Below, in pieces: positions 26,844 to 32,000 of a stretch of 32,000 nt of DNA. How positions within the stretch are numbered: position 1 is the first letter of the stretch; the number at the start of each line of letters is the position of its first letter. The notes under the pieces were generated by a model. That model worked only from the letters and a program-made list of their open reading frames with translations. It was not told where the DNA came from and searched no databases. The translations under genes and the position numbers were made by a program. The stretch is from Opitutales bacterium. GTDB taxonomy: Bacteria > Verrucomicrobiota > Verrucomicrobiia > Opitutales > PNEW01. The DNA lies in NCBI GenBank assembly GCA_965219535.1, contig CBDCNV010000002.1:1890001-1922000 (forward strand), written 5' to 3'.

Positions 26844-27772
26844 CGGCGCCTTTCACGTTTATGGAAAAACTCACGCAGGGCAAAAATATAGGGGCGTGCT
26901 GTGGAAACGGAAAAATGGTCAACTCCACACTGTCGCAATCCACGTTTTAAGGCATTAAATCGACGCTGATTCTGATAGGAATAAAGATCTCGAATTTTTT
27001 GATTGTGGGTATCAATTTCTATCTGCTCTCCCGTTTCTGCGTCTTCTAAAGTAATAATACCGACTCTCGGAAGTTCGAATTCCCGGGGATCGGATAAATC
27101 GATACAAATCAAATCATGCCTTTTATTAGCTAATGAGATAGTTTTAAAAAGTGTATCTCGTTTTCCCGTATGTGGACGAATCCATTCTAAGGATTCTTCA
27201 GTAAGGAAATCGGAAAGGAGAAAAGTTACAGAATGTCGACGGACAACACGGTTGAGATAATTCAAAGCTTGAGAAATATCCGTTCCCCGATGTTCAGGTT
27301 CAAAAAACAGGATCTCTCGAATTACGCGTAAAATGTGCTGTCGACCCTTAGCTGGGTAAATGAATTTTTCTACTTTATCAGTAAATAACAGTAATCCCAC
27401 CTTGTCATTATTACGCGTGGCGGAGAACGCGATGACACTTGCTAACTCAGCCGCAAGTTCCCGCTTACTTACTTCAACTGAACCAAAGTCTCCCGAGGCA
27501 CTTAGATCGACCAAAAGCATAATCGTTAGTTCGCGTTCTTCACGATAGAGTTTCACAAATGGACGATCCATTTTTGCTGTTACATTCCAATCGATACTGC
27601 GGACATCATCACCGGCGGTGTATTCGCGCACTTCCTCAAAGTCCATACCCTGACCTTTGAATACACTGTGATAGGCGCCAACTAGAGATTCGGTCACGAA
27701 ACGTCGACTGTGGATTTCCACCTGACGAACTTTTCGAAGTATCTGACGCGTTTGTTCAGCTTTTTCGTCCAT
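26840..27772 (-). CDS. DUF58-family (VWA-like) protein, MoxR partner
   Basis: 310 aa with the DDVRSIDWNVTAK motif and the VWA-like LLVDLSASGDFG. It lies directly downstream of the MoxR ATPase. Confidence 0.85.
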   Translation of the reverse strand: MDEKAEQTRQILRKVRQVEIHSRRFVTESLVGAYHSVFKGQGMDFEEVREYTAGDDVRSIDWNVTAKMDRPFVKLYREERELTIMLLVDLSASGDFGSVEVSKRELAAELASVIAFSATRNNDKVGLLLFTDKVEKFIYPAKGRQHILRVIREILFFEPEHRGTDISQALNYLNRVVRRHSVTFLLSDFLTEESLEWIRPHTGKRDTLFKTISLANKRHDLICIDLSDPREFELPRVGIITLEDAETGEQIEIDTHNQKIRDLYSYQNQRRFNALKRGLRQCGVDHFSVSTARPYIFALREFFHKRERRR

Positions 27773-27818
27773 AGAGGCTCAAGCAATTATATGCACCTAT
27801 GAGAAAACCTGTCCCCGT

Positions 27819-28811
27819 TTAAGGAACAGGTATGGTATCAAATATTTTTTTAACTACATCTTCGCTGTTTAGCTCTTCGGCTTCAGCTTCATAAGTCACG
27901 ATGATACGGTGTCGCAATACATCCATCCCGATAGTTTTGACATCTTGTGGCGTGACATATCCCCGTCCCTGATGGAAGGCCCAGGCCTTTGCGGCCAGAG
28001 TTAGACTTATTGTCGCCCTCGGCGAAGCTCCATATTGGATGAAGTCTCTAATTTCTTCTAATGCGAATTTTTCAGGTTCACGTGTCGCAAATACAATATC
28101 AACGATGTAGTCCTTAACTTTATCATCGATATAAATATCATTAACGACCTTGCGGGACTCTAAAATTTGCTTGGGATCCACAACAGAGTTTACACTGAGA
28201 TCAGGAAGCGTTGTGGCCATTCTGTTAAGTATCATTTTCTCTTCATCTCGATTGGGGTATTCAATTTTAAGTTTTAGCATAAAGCGGTCAACTTGCGCTT
28301 CCGGTAGATGGTATGTCCCCTCCTGTTCAATTGGGTTTTCGGTTGCGAGGACCAGAAATGGTTCAGGGAGTGGGTAGGTGTTTTCCCCCAATGTGACATT
28401 GCGTTCCTGCATCGCTTCAAGCAATGCGCTTTGCACTTTGGCCGGGGCGCGATTTATTTCATCAGCGAGAATTAGATTCGCGAAGATGGGGCCTTTTTTG
28501 GTAGAGAACTCTCCTTCCTTTGGGTTATAGATGAGGGTCCCAATAATATCAGCTGGTAATAAATCAGGGGTAAATTGAATGCGTTGGAAATGAGCTTGAA
28601 TGACCGAGGCCAAGGTGCGGATAGAAAGTGTCTTTGCTAACCCCGGTACCCCTTCAAGCAATACATGACCATTAGCAATAAGTGAGATGATCAGGCGATC
28701 GATCAGGTATTGCTGCCCAATGATGACACGACTGATTTCTTGCTGCAGGAGTTTTACCCAGGTTGAGGACTCTTGCACGCGATCATTTATTTCGGTTAAA
28801 TTTACAGCCAT
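27819..28811 (-). CDS. moxR: MoxR-family AAA+ ATPase
   Basis: 330 aa with Walker A GVPGLAKT, Walker B LILADEINRA and the typical MoxR C-terminal lid (GASPRATISL). A GGAG Shine-Dalgarno sequence lies about 5 nt upstream. Confidence 0.95.
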   Translation of the reverse strand: MAVNLTEINDRVQESSTWVKLLQQEISRVIIGQQYLIDRLIISLIANGHVLLEGVPGLAKTLSIRTLASVIQAHFQRIQFTPDLLPADIIGTLIYNPKEGEFSTKKGPIFANLILADEINRAPAKVQSALLEAMQERNVTLGENTYPLPEPFLVLATENPIEQEGTYHLPEAQVDRFMLKLKIEYPNRDEEKMILNRMATTLPDLSVNSVVDPKQILESRKVVNDIYIDDKVKDYIVDIVFATREPEKFALEEIRDFIQYGASPRATISLTLAAKAWAFHQGRGYVTPQDVKTIGMDVLRHRIIVTYEAEAEELNSEDVVKKIFDTIPVP

Positions 28812-28935
28812 TGACTCCAGTTTTGATGGTTTTTGTATTAATAAAAATTATTAAGGGAGACAGATCCTAGAATTCAAGGTTTCATTTTAGAGTATAAAAG
28901 TTAGCAGTTTGAGGATTTTCAATATTAAGTTCAGA

Positions 28936-28993
28936 ATTTTCGAAAATAAATTTGAACTATGATAACCAAATAATTTCTTAGCTATTTCGAAAT
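28936..28993. promoter_or_regulatory. Two related TTCGAA-core palindromes in the moxR/nusA divergent region
   Basis: ATTTTCGAAAAT (28936-28947) is a perfect 12-mer, flanked by imperfect outer arms AGTTCA (28928-28933) and TGAACT (28953-28958). ATTTCGAAAT (28984-28993) is a perfect 10-mer. Their centres are about 47 bp apart. The AT-rich background raises the chance expectation. Confidence 0.2.
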
Positions 28994-29048
28994 TATTGGC
29001 CACAAATAAAGTCTAAATAATTACATTATTTCGTGGATTAGAGTGGAC

Positions 29049-29077
29049 TTGACAAGGAATATAGCAACCTTTAGCTT
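29049..29077 (+). promoter_or_regulatory. Candidate sigma70-type promoter upstream of nusA
   Basis: TTGACA at 29049-29054, a 17-nt spacer, then TAGCTT at 29072-29077. This is about 80 bp upstream of the nusA ATG. Confidence 0.3.
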
Positions 29078-29112
29078 GATTAGTTTTTCAAATACCTTTT
29101 AACATTACGAAG

Positions 29113-29137
29113 GTGGGTTGCGGCCCGCTTTTTTTTT
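29113..29137 (+). terminator. Terminator-like hairpin plus U-tract in the nusA leader (possible attenuator)
   Basis: The stem pairs GTGGG (29113-29117) with CCCGC (29124-29128): 4 GC pairs and 1 GU pair around a 6-nt loop. Nine T residues follow at 29129-29137, ending 17 nt before the nusA ATG. Confidence 0.35.
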
Positions 29138-29154
29138 CTTTATTTACATAGCCG

Positions 29155-30414
29155 ATGAGTAACGAAATCCTTTCAGTTCTCGAATACATGGAAAAAGAGA
29201 AAGGGATCAGTCGCGAGGATATGATCAGCGCGATTATCAATGCTATTAAGGGAGCTGCTTTGAGGGGAGGCGATTCAGACCAGGATCTGAAAATCGAAAT
29301 TGACTCCAAGACGGGCGAGATGCAGGCATGGGCCAATTTACAGGTAGTGGATACAGTAAGTGATCCAAGAATGGAAATTCTTTTAGAAAAAGCACGACTA
29401 GAAAAAGAAGATGCGCAAGTCGGCGATTGCCTAGAAAAAGAAATAGATCCTGCTTATCTTGGCCGTATAGCCGCCCAGACTGCCCGGCAAACGATCATGC
29501 AGAGGCTCAGGCAGTTCGAAAAAGAACGAATCTATGATGATTATAAGGATATGATTGGAGATATCGTTTCGGGCGTCGCGCGCAGGCGTGAACGCGGTGA
29601 CCTCATCGTAGACCTTGGAAAAGCGGAAGCGATTTTACCGCCAAAAGAAAGAGTTCCGGGTGAAGACTACGCTCCAGGTGAACGTATCAGATGTTTGCTC
29701 CTTAATATAGATCATGGAAATCGTGGACCTGAACTAATCCTCAGTCGTGCGAGTGTTCGGTTCGTGAGAAGACTTTTTGAACTCGAGGTTACAGAAATTG
29801 CTGATGGCACGGTTACGATTGAAACAATATCACGTGAGCCGGGCTATCGCACAAAAATAGCTGTAAATAGCAATGATTCTAAAGTCGACCCGGTAGGAGC
29901 TTGCGTAGGGGCAAGAGGAGCACGCGTAAAAAGTATTGTCCGGGAATTAAGCGGAGAGAAAATTGACATTATTCGTCACTATAGTGACCCCATTCGCATG
30001 CTCGAAGAAGCGATCAAACCCGCGATACCGAAAAATATCAATATAGATGAAGCCAATCGGCGTATATTCTTTGAAGTTTCTGAAGACGATCTTTCGGTGG
30101 CAATTGGTCGGCGCGGACAAAACGCAAGACTCACATCCCGGTTGTTAGGGTGGAAGCTTGATATTTCAAAAGAACAAAAATTGGATGATGGCTTTGAGGC
30201 ACGTGTTGAAGCCGCAGTTGCCGGTTGGCATGATGTATCCGGAATTTCCGATGAAACCGCACAAGGATTGGTTAATATGGGTATCGTCAGTCCCGAGGCA
30301 TTTATCGGTGTAGAATTGAATGATCTTATCGACACCGGATTTAGCGAATCAGAAGCGAAGGAAATAATTGAAAAAGTTTCTGAATATCGTGAAACAAATA
30401 AGATGACACAATAA
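29155..30414 (+). CDS. nusA: Transcription termination/antitermination factor NusA
   Basis: 419 aa with an N-terminal domain, an S1 domain ([28 protein letters not shown]), KH1 ([26 protein letters not shown]) and KH2 ([22 protein letters not shown]). The C-terminal tail is short. Confidence 0.95.
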   Translation: MSNEILSVLEYMEKEKGISREDMISAIINAIKGAALRGGDSDQDLKIEIDSKTGEMQAWANLQVVDTVSDPRMEILLEKARLEKEDAQVGDCLEKEIDPAYLGRIAAQTARQTIMQRLRQFEKERIYDDYKDMIGDIVSGVARRRERGDLIVDLGKAEAILPPKERVPGEDYAPGERIRCLLLNIDHGNRGPELILSRASVRFVRRLFELEVTEIADGTVTIETISREPGYRTKIAVNSNDSKVDPVGACVGARGARVKSIVRELSGEKIDIIRHYSDPIRMLEEAIKPAIPKNINIDEANRRIFFEVSEDDLSVAIGRRGQNARLTSRLLGWKLDISKEQKLDDGFEARVEAAVAGWHDVSGISDETAQGLVNMGIVSPEAFIGVELNDLIDTGFSESEAKEIIEKVSEYRETNKMTQ

Positions 30415-30453
30415 TTTCTGATTAACTGAATTAAGATAGATTAATTACATTAA

Positions 30454-32000
30454 ATGAGTATTCGTATTTACGAGCTTTCCAAAAAGATAGGAATGGAAAA
30501 CAAGGAGTTAATCACTCTCTTGAATAAGCGCGGGCATGAGGTTAAAAGTGCTTCAAGTACCGTTGATAATATTTCTGCGGATAGCTTAATTGAAGAATAC
30601 CAGAAATCAGCAGATAAAAATGTTATCGAATCGTCTCCAGTAAAGAAAGAGATGGTAAAAGAGACTTCAAAAGTCGCGGCTAAATCCAGTTTGCCCCAGG
30701 GGGTGATAGTTAAGAGCAAGGAAGAAGTTGATCGTGAACGCGAAAAGAAAAATGACAGTGATAATTTAAGTGAAGTTAGTACCAAGATCGCGTCGCAACC
30801 AAAATCATCGATTCCCGAGGAACCCGTAAGTGTGTCTGCTGTTAAGACCGGGGTGGAAAGTGACTTTAAATCTCAACAACCCATCAGTCCACCCATGCCC
30901 GTTTTGCCACCGAGTGTTGTGAAGCAATCTGAACAGGATGGCAACGGCGAGGAGCAAGGGGGACACAGCGAGTTGCGGGTGTTACAGATTAAACCGCCTA
31001 TCGTTGTCCGTGATTTTGCGGTCCAGTTAGGGCTGAAACCCTTCCGCCTTATATCAGAACTCATGGAGATGAATATTTTCGCCTCGATGAATCAAGTAAT
31101 TGATGAGGATGTCGCGACTAAAATAGCGGAAAAGCACGGACATGCTCTAGAAGTACGCCACCGTGGTGAAGCACAGGACGTAGAAAAAGAAGTTGAAAAG
31201 GAAAAACCCAAAAAAGCGGACGAGAGTGAATTATTAGAACCTCGACCCGCTGTAGTTTGTATTTTGGGCCATGTTGATCATGGTAAAACAACCTTACTAG
31301 ATACGCTGCGCAAAAGTAATGTCGTCGCCGGTGAGGCTGGCGGCATTACACAACATATAGGTGCTTATCAGGTCGAAAATAAGGGGCACAAAATTACATT
31401 TATTGATACACCAGGGCATGCCGCCTTTTCCAACATGCGTTTGCGTGGAGCTAATACAACAGATATTTCCATTCTTGTTGTCGCTGCCGATGACGGGTTT
31501 ATGCCTCAAACTGATGAGGCCTTGGGTCACGCTAAAGCTGCGGGTGTTCCGATCATTGTAGCAATAAATAAAATCGATGTAAAAGGTGCCAATATCGACC
31601 GCGTTAAAACCCAGATGCAAGAGCGTGGTATAACTTCGGAAGATTGGGGGGGAGAGACAATCGCGGTATCTATTTCAGCCCTTAAAGGTGAGAATCTAGA
31701 TGAACTACTCGATATGATTTTGCTTCAGGCTGAAATAATGGAATTAAAAGCTAATCCGAAATGCCCTGCGGAAGGTGTTTTACTGGAATCACAAATGGAG
31801 CAAGGGCTGGGTCCAACCGCTTCACTCCTTATCGAAAAAGGCACAATCAAAGTCGGTGATTCGATTATCTGTGGTTCCTATTATTGTAAGTTACGTGCAA
31901 TGACCAATGACCAGGGTCAAAATATAAAAAGTGCGGGGCCCGCCACTCCGGTTAAAGGTATTGGATGGTCGGGAGCACCAGAGTCGGGTTCTGGTTTTAA
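30454..32000 (+). CDS. infB: Translation initiation factor IF-2 (5' part; continues beyond the window)
   Basis: It is not in the ORF track because no stop occurs before the window end. I translated from ATG 30454 and found no stop through 32000. It has the IF2_N motif MSIRIYELSKKIGMENKELITLLNKRG. The G domain has GHVDHGKTTLLD, DTPGH and NKID. Confidence 0.95.
   Translation, partial: MSIRIYELSKKIGMENKELITLLNKRGHEVKSASSTVDNISADSLIEEYQKSADKNVIESSPVKKEMVKETSKVAAKSSLPQGVIVKSKEEVDREREKKNDSDNLSEVSTKIASQPKSSIPEEPVSVSAVKTGVESDFKSQQPISPPMPVLPPSVVKQSEQDGNGEEQGGHSELRVLQIKPPIVVRDFAVQLGLKPFRLISELMEMNIFASMNQVIDEDVATKIAEKHGHALEVRHRGEAQDVEKEVEKEKPKKADESELLEPRPAVVCILGHVDHGKTTLLDTLRKSNVVAGEAGGITQHIGAYQVENKGHKITFIDTPGHAAFSNMRLRGANTTDISILVVAADDGFMPQTDEALGHAKAAGVPIIVAINKIDVKGANIDRVKTQMQERGITSEDWGGETIAVSISALKGENLDELLDMILLQAEIMELKANPKCPAEGVLLESQMEQGLGPTASLLIEKGTIKVGDSIICGSYYCKLRAMTNDQGQNIKSAGPATPVKGIGWSGAPESGSGF

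Noticed and set aside
28812-29154. tRNA or other known small RNA gene (tRNA, SRP RNA, tmRNA) in the moxR-nusA gap; the 10404-10937 gap was also checked for tmRNA and RNase P RNA
   Set aside because: I saw no cloverleaf, no GTTCGAATC-type T-loop and no conserved SRP, tmRNA or RNase P signature strings. Both regions are very AT-rich. A novel sRNA cannot be excluded.
29979-31620. Minus-strand ORFs 29979-30335, 30468-30785, 30873-31064 and 31297-31620, and the plus-strand ORF 31361-31561
   Set aside because: All lie inside nusA or the unterminated infB frame. The track could not list infB because it has no stop in the window. Their sequences are low-complexity or shadow-like.
1-32000. CRISPR arrays, long tandem or interspersed repeats, IS elements, integrases, toxin-antitoxin or defence genes
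   Set aside because: None was noticed on either strand. Every long ORF is accounted for by housekeeping, secretion, TonB or Bat functions. An exhaustive repeat search would need computation that I could not run.

Overview
This is a chromosomal window from a moderately AT-rich Gram-negative bacterium. The mix of a Bat/MoxR operon, many prepilin-type genes and gatCAB suggests the PVC group (Verrucomicrobiota-like), but that is a guess and I ran no search. The window is densely coding and has five blocks. (1) 1-4786, minus strand: a type II secretion pseudopilus and platform operon, gspG followed by H-, I-, J-, K-, L- and M-like genes. (2) 5054-10403, minus strand: a six-gene TonB2-type energy-transduction cluster (DUF3450, long MotA/ExbB, ExbB, ExbD, TonB, TPR protein). 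(3) 10938-18692, plus strand: the translation genes rpmI-rplT-pheS-pheT-gatC-gatA-gatB, then a small membrane ORF. (4) 19084-28811, minus strand: an M32 carboxypeptidase downstream of a seven-gene Bat/MoxR-VWA operon (MoxR, DUF58, DUF4381, BatA, BatB/C fusion, BatD, BatE-like). (5) 29155-32000, plus strand: nusA and the 5' part of infB. I saw no CRISPR array, transposase, integrase, tRNA/rRNA or recognisable defence genes. The least understood systems are the Bat/MoxR-VWA operon and the pseudopilin operon that lacks its secretin, ATPase and peptidase genes, which lies directly downstream of the TonB2-like cluster on the same strand. Both belong to known families, and I cannot support a truly novel system here. 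The most interesting unexplained sequence is in three long AT-rich intergenic regions (4787-5053, 10404-10937, 28812-29154). These carry palindromes, promoter-like hexamers and a terminator-like leader hairpin before nusA. infC is missing from its canonical place upstream of rpmI.
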